NCBI GenBank assembly: GCA_040285745.1
Contig: JAUFOR010000004.1
Location: 682,001 to 746,000 of the forward strand
Source: Barthelona sp. PCE
Taxonomy: Eukaryota
Length of the DNA stretch: 64,000 nucleotides
Reading direction: 5' to 3'
The position numbers were made by a program, and so were the translations under genes. Shown piece by piece: positions 32,301-40,316 of the stretch. How positions within the stretch are numbered: position 1 is the stretch's first letter; each line of letters starts with the position of its first letter. The notes under the pieces are model-generated. The model had not been told where the DNA came from. It saw only the letters and a list, made by a program, of their open reading frames with translations, and searched no databases.

Positions 32301-33965
32301 AAATGATTCAAAGTGGTCACCTGTATTAATATCAATGATACGTTTGTTCTGCACCCCTCCACTCTCATTAACTGGCTCGTTGAAGATAGAAGAGTCAATA
32401 CCCATTCCTACTCCTTGGTATTGAGACAGATCAAGAGAATTATTGGAGATCTGATTTTTGATATCTGCAATCATCTGGTCAACGTTTTTCAACGCCAATT
32501 CTGATTTTTTCTTCTTCTCATCGTGCACACTCACTTCCTTTCGCTTTGGAAGTTGTGTTAAATGACTGCCAAGTAACTGATGCAATTTGTTCTGTGTTGC
32601 CTCACTAATATTCACATCCTCCAACTTTGCCTCTTTGTCACCAAACACAATACTTGACGCGACACTAGCTGAGGGCACTGAAGATTTTGGAGAAGAAATT
32701 GGAGAAGATAATGCACTCCCAACTCGACCAATCGACCATTCTCGACTGTTCTGCTTGAAGAGGTTGTCGTTTTCAAACGCTTCTCTCTCCATATCCACAT
32801 AATCATCATCTACTATTTCAACCTCTCCATCTATAGTTGTACTAATCTTTCCTTTCTCAACACCGATAACCATCATCTTATCAATGTCACCAAGGAAATC
32901 CAACGAGAGCTCTGGTTCCACGACCTCAACATCCTCGTCTGAGAACAACATCTCAGATTCTTCACTCTTCTCTAACGAATGACGCTTTGTAAAATCAGGT
33001 AAGTCCTTGTAAAAGGGATTCTTTGTGATGACATTCTCCTTCTTCAGTCTATTCTTGTTGTCGTAATGTCTATTCTTCCGCCTTTGGGCAAGCATAGCGT
33101 TCTTCCTCTTCATCAACTCCTTGTGTTTAAAAACTCGCTGCAAGATTCGTCGATTCTCTTCATCATAGAACATCTCACCTTGTGTCTCCTTATGACGGGT
33201 ATTGATCCAGTTGCTAACAACCGATACCATGTTCAGGTTGACAGCGTTCTTCATTCTTTCATGTGTACTAATAAAAAGAGCACTGGTTTGCATTACTTGC
33301 TCAATAAATTCAGCAGTTTCCTTATCATGGTTCCGCACAGCATCGTACATGTCCTGTAATACATTACCACTTGGAGGAGCTACATCTTCTTGAGAGCTAA
33401 AAAACTCTTTCCAGCTGTCAAGATACTTCTTCATCTCAAAAACAACTTTGCTATGCAGTAAATAGCCATGAACTCGCTCTTTGGCCTGTATGGATGGGAA
33501 ATTGAAATTTCCACTGTATTTAAGCACCATACTGTCGTCTATATCCTCGTTTGCATCTAGTATATCATTGTCAAAATTCCGTATATCATCTATTTCATTA
33601 AGCTCATCGCTGTGGTACATGTCTATATCATAGGACTCCTCTTCAGAATAAATTTCTGTGGATAAAAAAGCTGTGGGCTTCTTTAATCTCTCAAAATCTT
33701 CTTTTGTCAATTCATGAAAAAGTTTGTGTGGTTGTACAGGTTCAGTCCCAGATTTAATAGTTGTGCGCGCAATACCACGACTAGTTTCAGGACGAATGTC
33801 AACATTTGTTTCAGAATCGTCAATGGTGTGCCATTTCCGACTGTTCTTTCGAATAAAAGCCCCTGGCATCCGCGGAAGCATATCTTTTGGGTGAAACATC
33901 TTCCTCTTCGGTACCAATCCGAGCATCGGATCTTTCCTAACTTCTGTTCTGTGATAATCAGACAT
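23385..33965 (-). CDS. Giant tetratricopeptide-repeat protein (possibly TTC6-like)
   Basis: 3526-aa uninterrupted ORF. About 1350 low-complexity residues precede dispersed TPRs such as AYLERARLEF, ALFNRGLCYFRLKKYQYAYLDF and SFFNIGVIQFYMGDYDSAFKCF. Confidence 0.75.
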   Translation of the reverse strand: MSDYHRTEVRKDPMLGLVPKRKMFHPKDMLPRMPGAFIRKNSRKWHTIDDSETNVDIRPETSRGIARTTIKSGTEPVQPHKLFHELTKEDFERLKKPTAFLSTEIYSEEESYDIDMYHSDELNEIDDIRNFDNDILDANEDIDDSMVLKYSGNFNFPSIQAKERVHGYLLHSKVVFEMKKYLDSWKEFFSSQEDVAPPSGNVLQDMYDAVRNHDKETAEFIEQVMQTSALFISTHERMKNAVNLNMVSVVSNWINTRHKETQGEMFYDEENRRILQRVFKHKELMKRKNAMLAQRRKNRHYDNKNRLKKENVITKNPFYKDLPDFTKRHSLEKSEESEMLFSDEDVEVVEPELSLDFLGDIDKMMVIGVEKGKISTTIDGEVEIVDDDYVDMEREAFENDNLFKQNSREWSIGRVGSALSSPISSPKSSVPSASVASSIVFGDKEAKLEDVNISEATQNKLHQLLGSHLTQLPKRKEVSVHDEKKKKSELALKNVDQMIADIKNQISNNSLDLSQYQGVGMGIDSSIFNEPVNESGGVQNKRIIDINTGDHFESFDVIDASGTAQFKIDRTNFLSGATAPTEIKEIFVDRLEDYFDRDHNFEDGFKNLMLDTAKNSEWKVLGPLLAGSLDDGILQGSLSMAMNILNEERFDAAKRIKTPRSKHSTRSQHYFDSMRAQSTNISSSMGSSEVRWKNILQRRKSLFDVPKSSFSSRRLSTGSNSSLDDTPPPKESIHRTRNSSIAMNSSLASVDFCFIPDSLHRDQLWVKEIGLHPLDLLYFYKSEIGLPMSRELLGAADGDLVSQLRNSVSCFSDSELSKTYFRNDFVSTIRAINETSTYVGITQPSFFCMRDPCVLGYFDDSIDFDDEILSDMELTGPQLALMSIGEKGESRVQSTVLLDDPASEMTTNDPSREHSMLNLMQINEEFVGKSMSGASSLESIISTAAVWKSGTSFSSSEFEIIPSHMNSFELNSAEFAEALPTEALIIDHSYMNILDVDTMVLSDSLLEDNRMVNHMSRLVRLSGQWFDRRLEHRKRLKMRTTDRKPSYVNMYHDVAVESSYVSDGSFDSSQEEEDVFKSIFQPIIYNASDGVFVFIPPTLTIQQNPNGSQDLSVDVSFDPMDIASGNSSDGTKEIQSPLRVTYNVERSDSQEALQRALDFTSGSFDSVDIQKEDITKPETFEPLEIIVSESSAPGSREKTPADSASEVSDLEGSYTHIVVGKGLGVEPVTPGPIVADVNLEFDVLSVDSSTNPPLKTPPSNIVSEKNLFDAINESDDERQDIDDAIANILSNQGVSSNQMDQVQRDLVKIMNTDKKDGLKKKPTIGFKSEELQREYLNSASLFGRRPVHVLGLNYEEKVERAQKARLNGKVKLAIIYTEQAIAEKPMDPKAYLERARLEFIAGLAKNAIVTAENCILFAQNQMLDLSSQLQDYEPPVGVDGDSIMLYSHSDFVEDLVLDEEEEDKLGAYIELKSLQKTCADAYWVLYKTELRFGKITRVDRIKLLTGALLVCPEHQACRFARALTAFNAGIYKISIEDLETLVNNEYITMEDDILECYCIMLLGESYLEMDRFLEANNMFKSALERLAHMMNADKNIFPNNILDSLMLDDHMDMGAFATDVDFTGKQMNQVDSDINSLEEFYDAITSLYPDFKHCSALNVKTTLSFRRNIARYVSFAGRILNGLGQLSVFQQSYSSAARYLELAVKYLSLFFFSSEDLSISSTVTIRDDKQRAILMTKRVLIELELVSHTEAKRMASSCHLYLAWVYQSMEKNTPFFMKEQTVLVQPSSKMFAPVQELKYLTHNSTGIEVSTVFDSKLFQTSVNDVLKEIDFSDTYGIVKSMVPFLHQYARPGPSGTSTKTKTMAEYRQAKKKYMRKYLPEECSKSITSSMCEKAELHLKKSDDLEKMSWRTSFTRGLLYLLQVEQLVQVMVDFRHYRLRILKYWKEIALHFVSLKEFFSSRSFNIDQMDNEAKGKFVIRIRQYDTVRQLFLILIRHLRLLTCGFMYCKAQQIYKIKDAYKILSKSLLIQETLPAYSALVLCFDGNVLSQHSHLLQGSVQKFIAEYHSILIDVLNPLKSFKSHFQDYVTPIRSIMQGLATESTITLSKNLRYLDKAMAHINVYMDRFVFTLEPFKEFLEELYPKQMLKAKYEYHKLFSLTDQMLMHRYSQAKKIKCWLMLRKAQLHMFLRDYHIGFNVALEAYRQHSTNIEVILFLNTIYLKYKNSAAAFSLMLKAYHLFPDEELIKYYFAQAGLQYFFALERTPHPSTITADKLVFKLGKLDFVNYLRLLSHSECSLVTINLEGVELPKNFVFVDEHIKHQILLGNIDSTRSILNSLKKSAIPAIQSSLFSIFTKYKRFFEQSVLMRDSNMNKLTMDYLQRFFFKDDRRLSMFSHVSEGSQHSSLSFSSNFTMSTQSTTSLKNSSTEELPSSIGNKIRRNSSIALCMDDLVVVNNAEYFHVHMFNDDSSVPFPLLFQTASQIVGPQDPHYVSLNLPIIIATYGIFRLGIHYAKMCLLTEDHQQLHKLANYILDIDKHIQERSDELEHRFVSNDLSDFVKQDVPMNDRIQKINAKKSVKFYFANVYRKFRESVSTTAQELLLSKGRSLVQQHKYGDAMDVFLQAHDRGLSLVSMIQYGRVLYVKEDYVVALQIFQTIVQKLEKVLSNMRKQLDMHDFVIYIQNNRLNIEAWGWSQFFVFLCNMRLKKLKKGNEKISKVIETLKYIGNPVFQPSNTKSKKKKSLLSLTNTNVLSDMISSMAPVSSVGGESVTSEKSQVENTSMYQSLMNPYFTLLSRLYLLRGLISLSSRMVENARLDFQQCLSFDENIVEARHLRIRLEMFFKNPFRITFDLTYLLRRFHHIKNFRYINSEMWLWRGYAFLTLFKRFSFIQKPVLTPLFELLLEESSLAINFKLTDMNVFHFNRVNLPVHCNEKNSLRVLKRAIKDLSIFLLLVTPHSTESNSELTDDQCKSLFGALFNRGLCYFRLKKYQYAYLDFKNSLTYAKEIVIQRRQEDFREHGGFAHLMRCVSLIEMDVPHEEVVTVLNNVPDSPCTGFHIFRAEILTKSHFKQAMYSDDSRYSGLQMKYALDEAKKMARIAPFSPYSFFNIGVIQFYMGDYDSAFKCFTTTISYILSKHDITSLGLPKRLAKSEKISDQQSELPAFDQSSRNPATPGRLRPKTTQNRRRSQKSNTPKSKQGRRKPERRAIHTSGGFRRRTKNPSPPRPPSPLIMRPKTVSALHPILEQIKTISAFDPLLRKLLHQALSMRHLCVGRLTSSYFSPDLKLLLTNRFFLDESVPTSFGASPLLLDIATRHDCSAFTDTRKMQTHIHQNSDIAMALQFYLFGLSGMANRMLQTCVSHYDEKGAVSETDSFLSFYLLIILNLQLNRPVTASKYVPALKQMYAKMQGSTGTILYVFLSLALSSIHIQRKQYSDSLFYLEFLVDNIEKYPRSVHGHIYHNITVAYYLMKDFERALHFCDMVISFQLFNSNDSTSFSLRAMIKTEMGCSKEEILNDLIVRDYIDDEQ

Positions 33966-34056
33966 GATTCGTTATTCGTGCTTCGTGCATCGCCATATTA
34001 ATTAATTGGGCGACAAAATTGCATAGATAGGGGTAAAATAACTATAAACAAACAAT

Positions 34057-35010
34057 TTACTCATTATGCGTAAACTCAATAAGCTGGAGGGCCACAGGAA
34101 TCAAAAGTAGCGGCTGTAGGATGGGATTAATAGAAGGAATCTTCAACGTTAACCAGGCATTTCTACCAAGATCTTCATTAACATCTGTGTGAATGATACC
34201 AATCAGCCCCTTTCTTGCTGTTAACTGATGCGTCATATTGGACAGTTTGGGCTGTAAATGGTTCTCAGAATTGCTTGCAAGTACTAAAACAGGCATATGT
34301 TCATCAATTAAAGCTAAAGGACCATGTTTTAATTCTCCTCCACCGATAGCGCTACACATGACATTTGTGGTGGCGTTGAGCACATACTCAAGCATCTTTG
34401 CAAAACTTTCTTCTTGACAACGTGCAATAATTAAAAGATGTTGACGTTCATTAATGACTGTAGATAATTCAGTAATAAAAGACAGTGATCTTTTCTTGAT
34501 GAGATCAATCATCTGAGGATATGATGAAATGATAAAACTAATTAAATCATTGCACTCCAACAAGTGTAAAAGTCCAACAAACTGAAAAATAAAGTGTCCC
34601 AAAAGGTAATCAGGGGAGCTGACGTCAACAAAGTTCGTAGGGAAGAGGTAAGTTGTGTATTGATCTAAACAAGATTGTTCTGAACCAATATGACAAACAA
34701 TAGCATCAGAACGATTTAATTTGGCTAAAGAGAGTCTTGTGGACTCAATGACATTATCGTCAGATACAATCAAGGGTAAACTGTTTGGTAGCACAGGGAA
34801 ACCAGCATGCAAGAAATCCTTAAAAGGAATAGGGATAATGGGCTTGCGAACGACTCTGTCAACAAGAGTTCTGAGTGCAGCAATCGCATAATTAGACTCA
34901 GAATGAATAAATGTGACTGTTTCAAAACCGTTAGCTGTGCAGTAGTTTAAAAAATTAAAACTATCGTCAGGAATCTGAATAGTAGAATTGAATATCGACA
35001 ATGATCGCAT
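34057..35010 (-). CDS. GFAT/GlmS isomerase (SIS)-domain-derived protein lacking the glutaminase domain and catalytic C-tail
   Basis: ATG at 35010. GGELKHGPLALIDEHMPVLV and QLTARKG match the GlmS second SIS domain. The ORF stops before any PRNLAKSVT motif. Confidence 0.7.
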   Translation of the reverse strand: MRSLSIFNSTIQIPDDSFNFLNYCTANGFETVTFIHSESNYAIAALRTLVDRVVRKPIIPIPFKDFLHAGFPVLPNSLPLIVSDDNVIESTRLSLAKLNRSDAIVCHIGSEQSCLDQYTTYLFPTNFVDVSSPDYLLGHFIFQFVGLLHLLECNDLISFIISSYPQMIDLIKKRSLSFITELSTVINERQHLLIIARCQEESFAKMLEYVLNATTNVMCSAIGGGELKHGPLALIDEHMPVLVLASNSENHLQPKLSNMTHQLTARKGLIGIIHTDVNEDLGRNAWLTLKIPSINPILQPLLLIPVALQLIEFTHNE

Positions 35011-35067
35011 CAAAAGGACACAAAAGGGAAAGAAATATTAAAATAATTTTCAATGAATGATGCAATT

Positions 35068-36135
35068 TTATTCAACCAAAAGCATTGATGAAGACTCAAA
35101 GTAACTGACTTGCTTCCTATCAATGTAAGAAAAATCTTCTTCTTCAACAACAGTACCTGCCAACTCATCAATTTTAGATATCATGAAGGAGGCACTGCCT
35201 CGATCAGCGTTAGAGTATTTGCAAAATGCAAACACCATATCAGCGATGATACTGACGTCTTCTGTTGTAAAATCAGGACGATGCGAAGAAATTTGTGATG
35301 CTAAGTTATCATAACGCTCTTCCTCGGTCAAAACAGATAGACCAAAAGCATTTGAGTAGTTAGTTAACGTTTGTAGCACACTCTTTCGTTGTTTAGGGTA
35401 GACATCAAACATGTCAACCAATTCTTCCTCTTGAGGAATGCCAAAAAGAGTAAAAATCACCTTTAACATATCTTCTGGTGTCTTTGCCTTGAACAACGGC
35501 CTTCCTGTTGTGAATTCAAAGATTATACAACCGATGGACCATAAATCAATGCCCGTATCGTGTCTGATTTTCCCAAGGAAAAGACGCGGATCTCTGTACC
35601 ACAAGGTACAGATCTCACTGGTATCCTTTTGAATATCCTTGAATCTGTTAATACCTAATTGGTAAGCGAGACCAAAGTCTGCGACCTTCAAAGTATTGTC
35701 TTTCAACAACAAGTTTTCAGGCTTTAGATCGCGATGAACAATCTCAAGGCGATGGATTTCACCTACACCACAAAGCATTTGATGAGTTAATGATAATACA
35801 TCTTCCAAACTCAACAAATCATTGTTGTGGAGGTAGTTCTTCAAATCTGAAGTGCAATAATCAAAGACCAGGGTTATCCCATCGGGTTTGGTCATTACTG
35901 TGTGGAGACAAACAACATTTTCGTGTTGCAAATCTTTAAGAACTGAAATTTCTCTTAAACATGGTGATGGTACACCATCATCAGTATTCTTAAAAGATAT
36001 TTCTTTGAGCGCATAGATCTGTGTGCCGATGCGTTGCATATTTTTATCGACCCGGTAACCGCGATACACGTTACCATAAGCACCGGATCCAATTAGCGAA
36101 TTCGGAAATTTAACAAATGAGCATGAAGTAGACAT
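35068..36135 (-). CDS. Cyclin-dependent kinase (CMGC group), PSPCLRE cyclin-binding helix
   Basis: GSGAYGNVY, YALKEI, DGVPSPCLREISVLKDLQHENVV, HRDLKPENLL, ADFGLA, TLWYR, DLWSIGCI. Confidence 0.9.
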   Translation of the reverse strand: MSTSCSFVKFPNSLIGSGAYGNVYRGYRVDKNMQRIGTQIYALKEISFKNTDDGVPSPCLREISVLKDLQHENVVCLHTVMTKPDGITLVFDYCTSDLKNYLHNNDLLSLEDVLSLTHQMLCGVGEIHRLEIVHRDLKPENLLLKDNTLKVADFGLAYQLGINRFKDIQKDTSEICTLWYRDPRLFLGKIRHDTGIDLWSIGCIIFEFTTGRPLFKAKTPEDMLKVIFTLFGIPQEEELVDMFDVYPKQRKSVLQTLTNYSNAFGLSVLTEEERYDNLASQISSHRPDFTTEDVSIIADMVFAFCKYSNADRGSASFMISKIDELAGTVVEEEDFSYIDRKQVSYFESSSMLLVE

Positions 36136-37095
36136 AGAGCGTAAGAAAGAAGTTAAAAAAAGCTAAAAACTGTAAGAAGTTTAAAAGCGAAGAAAAAAAC
36201 GTAGAAAAGTCTTAAAACGACTAAAAAGAGAGAACCTTCGAGAAGGGGGGGGACGGTCTGAACCAAAGAACGGGTTGTTCTTTGAAAGGAGAGGAGACAA
36301 AAGCTAAAAGCAAATTATATGACAAGTTTACAAAGAGCCTGGATGTTTGTTTTACAAAACCAAGCGTTAGAGCCCGGATGAGAAGGCATACGAAGGACAA
36401 AAGCCTTTGATTCTTTACAAAAATTAGACAGCTCAACAACAGACCAAGTCCACCAATTGGGATACCATACGTTGTATTGCAAACGCATTGGATGGTGAAG
36501 CCGAATCAGTAACATTTTTCAAGCTAAAAAATACACAAGAACATAAAATCGAATTTCTTCGCCAAAGTGTTTAAATCATTATCTGTCGATTTTAACGTAC
36601 TGCAATTGTGAGTTCAAGCTTGGTTTGAGTTCTCTATATACTCTAAAATCAGTAATAGAAGTAAAAATACATATTTAACAATTTTTCAGCTTTACAAAAC
36701 TCACATTCCCTATGAACTCGTTAAACTGCTAAATTAGCCATGACATGTGATTAAAAAGTAAGAACGCTGAGTTTCGTTTTCTATACACCCAAAAATCAGA
36801 TGAATAACAACAATATTCCCTCTTTTTGTGGATTAATTCATGTGGTAACCTTCCTAAACGTATTATTCAAAAAATATCGTGTTGATTTTCTATTATTAAA
36901 ACACTGCGCCTTATATTTACAGTGAGTTTATCCCATATCACAACACTTTAATCCCATTGCAAGCCTCTTCCACAAATTCAAAACATCGAATCGCAAAAAC
37001 ACAGTGCTTTTGAGAATTCTCTTTTGCTGCATACAGGTTCCGTCCACGCAGCTCTGTACATATACAACCCCTGTCTTCAGCCACGTTAACACACA

Positions 37096-37620
37096 ATGCC
37101 AAATGAAAACAGTCTAATAGACAGTGCGCACAATTCTACACACACAAACTTTGCAAATTCAAGCAAATATGACAATATTTTCGCACCTTCGGATCATCTC
37201 AACTACAAGCCACCACGAAAATGCCCCAGTGCTGATAGTATAATACCCAGCATTTCCACCCTTCATACCAAATCTACCACACCATTAAGGCGGAGAAATA
37301 GGCCAGTAAGCTGGTCTGTTGAAGATGATTCGGTTAAAACGGAAATGAACTTTGACATTGATGACCTGCTCAGTGATCCACCATCTCCTAAGTCTAGAGT
37401 TTGTACCTCAACTAGGAAATCGGTACAAAAGCAGGATCTAACACACATTAACACGAATACAAGTAGAAACAGACAGATTATAACACGCCAATGGATAAAT
37501 ACACTGAAGAACAAATCAGAAGCTGATTCTTTTAAAGTTCTAACAAAAACTGGTGTTCAAATAGAAATTACAGAGAAAATTCCCCCAAGACCAAAGCAAT
37601 CAAAATCGTTCCGTCTGTAA
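37096..37620 (+). CDS. Hypothetical disordered basic protein
   Basis: 174-aa ATG ORF ending TAA-A, convergent with the acyltransferase 15 bp away; no recognised domain. Confidence 0.5.
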   Translation: MPNENSLIDSAHNSTHTNFANSSKYDNIFAPSDHLNYKPPRKCPSADSIIPSISTLHTKSTTPLRRRNRPVSWSVEDDSVKTEMNFDIDDLLSDPPSPKSRVCTSTRKSVQKQDLTHINTNTSRNRQIITRQWINTLKNKSEADSFKVLTKTGVQIEITEKIPPRPKQSKSFRL

Positions 37621-37635
37621 AAATGTAGTTGTAAT

Positions 37636-38805
37636 TTATTTTTGAGGACTGCACTCCTCTTCCTCTTCTTCCTTAAAGAATGGCATTGGAGTTTTAGATG
37701 GTTCGGGCAATTGTTTAAATGTTAACATCACTTCACTTACATCCAAGGGTTCATATTCTTCCAAACCTGGATACACTTCTGGTTCACGCAAATGCTCAAA
37801 CATTTCCTTGATTGTATCTGATTGTAACACCTTTCTAGCCTGCACATCCTTCTCTTTAACTTGCTGCCTTTTGTAATAGCCATCAAACTCAACATCCTGC
37901 AATCCAGTTGCTTCACATATCACCGTCTTACATCTTTGTGCAAACTGTTCTGGTGACTCGTCCCATTTTTGTGTCATTGGATCACATATATATACATCCA
38001 TAACAACTGCCCAACTGCACATTAGCCGAAAGAGATGCTGAGTCATTGTAGTTCCTATGTGCCAGTAACCATCTGCAAAGTCGAAATTGTATTTAATACC
38101 AATAGGGACTATCTGGGCCCCTAACCCAAAGACACCGCGCTTAAATTGCATGCAAAAATCATTGACAACACATGTACCCTCTGGAAAAACAAGCAAAGGT
38201 TGCGCATATGGATCATGTATATGTCTCTTAATCAGAGCTGATACAACCTGCCTGTTGCGTGCATCAGATCGCTCAAACCATACAGGGTTCAGTGCCTTCA
38301 GCATGACAGTCTGGAAAAAACCGACCCAGCCTTGATGACGCTGACCGATGACTGAGAAAGGTTGAATGCTTGCGCTGAGAGATACCCAGTCGATTAAACT
38401 TGAGTGGTTCGATACAAATATAGTAGATGGGTGTGGTGGTGGTAAATTTCCATGAACTTTAATTGTTCCAGTGAGTGAAACCATCATATTCTTTATCAAT
38501 AAATGCAGAAACTTAAATTCTAGGTTGGAACGTGTTTCTCCTCTCGGAAAAAGCGTGCAAAATATATAACCAACCAGAAAAAACAGCACAGAACCCAAAA
38601 AATACAGAAAACGCAATGGAAACAATACGAAATGTCTAAATACCCATCCTAAGGCCCATATGGGTTTCAAATGCCACGCAAAATTCCAATTTTCCACCGG
38701 CTTTGGCCTAAAACACTTAAAAAAACTATCTTGTGCGATTTCCTGAAACCCATCATTAAATGTCTGTGTGGTGTGTTGAAAAAGCTGTTTCACACTCAAT
38801 GACAT
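37636..38805 (-). CDS. Glycerol-3-phosphate acyltransferase, GPAT3/4 (plant GPAT9)-type
   Basis: Acyltransferase motifs NHSSLID (HxxxxD), WFERSDA, LLVFPEGTC and QFKRGVF; N-terminal DSFFKCF...WN...W.LG.VFR...LFPLR with TM helices. Confidence 0.88.
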   Translation of the reverse strand: MSLSVKQLFQHTTQTFNDGFQEIAQDSFFKCFRPKPVENWNFAWHLKPIWALGWVFRHFVLFPLRFLYFLGSVLFFLVGYIFCTLFPRGETRSNLEFKFLHLLIKNMMVSLTGTIKVHGNLPPPHPSTIFVSNHSSLIDWVSLSASIQPFSVIGQRHQGWVGFFQTVMLKALNPVWFERSDARNRQVVSALIKRHIHDPYAQPLLVFPEGTCVVNDFCMQFKRGVFGLGAQIVPIGIKYNFDFADGYWHIGTTMTQHLFRLMCSWAVVMDVYICDPMTQKWDESPEQFAQRCKTVICEATGLQDVEFDGYYKRQQVKEKDVQARKVLQSDTIKEMFEHLREPEVYPGLEEYEPLDVSEVMLTFKQLPEPSKTPMPFFKEEEEEECSPQK

Positions 38806-38862
38806 TGTGAAAAGGATGATAAAAAGAATGCCACATCACCAAAACAAACTTTCAAAACAAAT

Positions 38863-40158
38863 TTATTCCTCCTGCTCCAAGTTAATCAGATGATTTGCTA
38901 ACTCTAACTTCTCAACAGTTGTCCTCACCTTCTGCAGATAATCATCCATAACCTCTGCATTACTCTTCGGGGTGACGAAATTGACTACACCTTCTACTTG
39001 ATTGATTCGAGCATAAAAGACCTTACTAATAACAAATTCGGAAATTTTTGCTTCCAAGGTATCGATTTCGGTGCCAATAAGCTCACAAATATCACTTAAA
39101 ACACCATAATCGTAAGATTCTGCAATAATTAAGATATTATACTCTAAAACACGTTGTTTCAATGTTTCAAGCTGTTTGGAATCTACAACTCGTTCAGCAA
39201 AGAATATTTCTAATTTCTTATTGATGTCTGTCGTAATGATCTCCTTCTTTATAAAGGTTCTCAGAATCTCTTTATGAATACTGTTCTTGACCTGAGATAA
39301 TGGATAATCTAGGATGTTCTTGAGGAGGTTGAGCTGCTCCGGATCTCTGCTGCTAAGGAGAATGGAGATCATACAATTTTCGTATATCTCCAACAATTCA
39401 TCATGACGCTCCTCTTCATCCTCAAGTGAAATACATTTCAATTGATTAAAAAGAGCTTGTGCTGCATCGAAGAAGCGTCCTTTCTGAATGAAAAATGTTG
39501 ATACCAAATCATAATAGTCATAACGGAAAGGTTCTACTTCATCCAACATTAAAATACGTGGAGTTACTTTACGACTCAAGATCTGAACATTCACATAGTC
39601 CTCAAAGCTGAGGGCTTTTCTCATTTGGATGTTAACAATCTTCACCTTCTCATCATGGCTCATTTGACCAATTGTTTCAGTGTGAACCTTCATGATCTCA
39701 TCGAAACTCTGGCGTTTCTCATCCTCTTCATAGAGAATTTCGCTGTACTTGACTGTAATACGAGCCCAATACAGCTCACAGTATGTCTTTCCGTGTGAAG
39801 CTTCAAGATATTTGAGAACATATTCCTTATAAACTAATTCATCATCAAACACTGTATTCTCAATGTATTCGTACACTCGTTCCAGTATGTGCTCACTAAT
39901 GAGCTTGATTTGGACACGTTTGTTTGTCAAACTCACAACAAGGTCGAGTAATGTTGTGTGTCTCTCTTGACCCCACAAATAGTCAAGAACGAATAGTAAC
40001 AGTTCTTTAGCTACCTTCTCGTCCTGGGCGAAACGTGTTTCCTTTTCTAACTGCATCAAATCATCGAAAACCTGCTGATAATCATCACCGTTTTCTTCTA
40101 ACCGCTCTTTCAAATACTCAAATCGTTCCCTAGAGCGTGTTGAATCGTATTGTGACAT
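38863..40158 (-). CDS. PSMD12: 26S proteasome lid subunit Rpn5/PSMD12 (PCI domain)
   Basis: LMQLEKETRFAQD, GKTYCELYWARIT, ETIGQM, LKQRVLEYNILIIAESY, FYARINQVEGVVNF, ANHLINLE. Confidence 0.9.
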   Translation of the reverse strand: MSQYDSTRSRERFEYLKERLEENGDDYQQVFDDLMQLEKETRFAQDEKVAKELLLFVLDYLWGQERHTTLLDLVVSLTNKRVQIKLISEHILERVYEYIENTVFDDELVYKEYVLKYLEASHGKTYCELYWARITVKYSEILYEEDEKRQSFDEIMKVHTETIGQMSHDEKVKIVNIQMRKALSFEDYVNVQILSRKVTPRILMLDEVEPFRYDYYDLVSTFFIQKGRFFDAAQALFNQLKCISLEDEEERHDELLEIYENCMISILLSSRDPEQLNLLKNILDYPLSQVKNSIHKEILRTFIKKEIITTDINKKLEIFFAERVVDSKQLETLKQRVLEYNILIIAESYDYGVLSDICELIGTEIDTLEAKISEFVISKVFYARINQVEGVVNFVTPKSNAEVMDDYLQKVRTTVEKLELANHLINLEQEE

Positions 40159-40316
40159 TTTAATGTGATGTAAAAGGGAGTGAAAAATTTAACAGCTCTT
40201 TCTTTTAAAAGATGTTTTTAAGCCTGCTTTTTTTGATGCATCGTCTACTAAATAGTATTGTCACCCATGTCACCAAAGCTATCTTTGTCAATCTAATCTC
40301 TACAACTAGTCCCATT

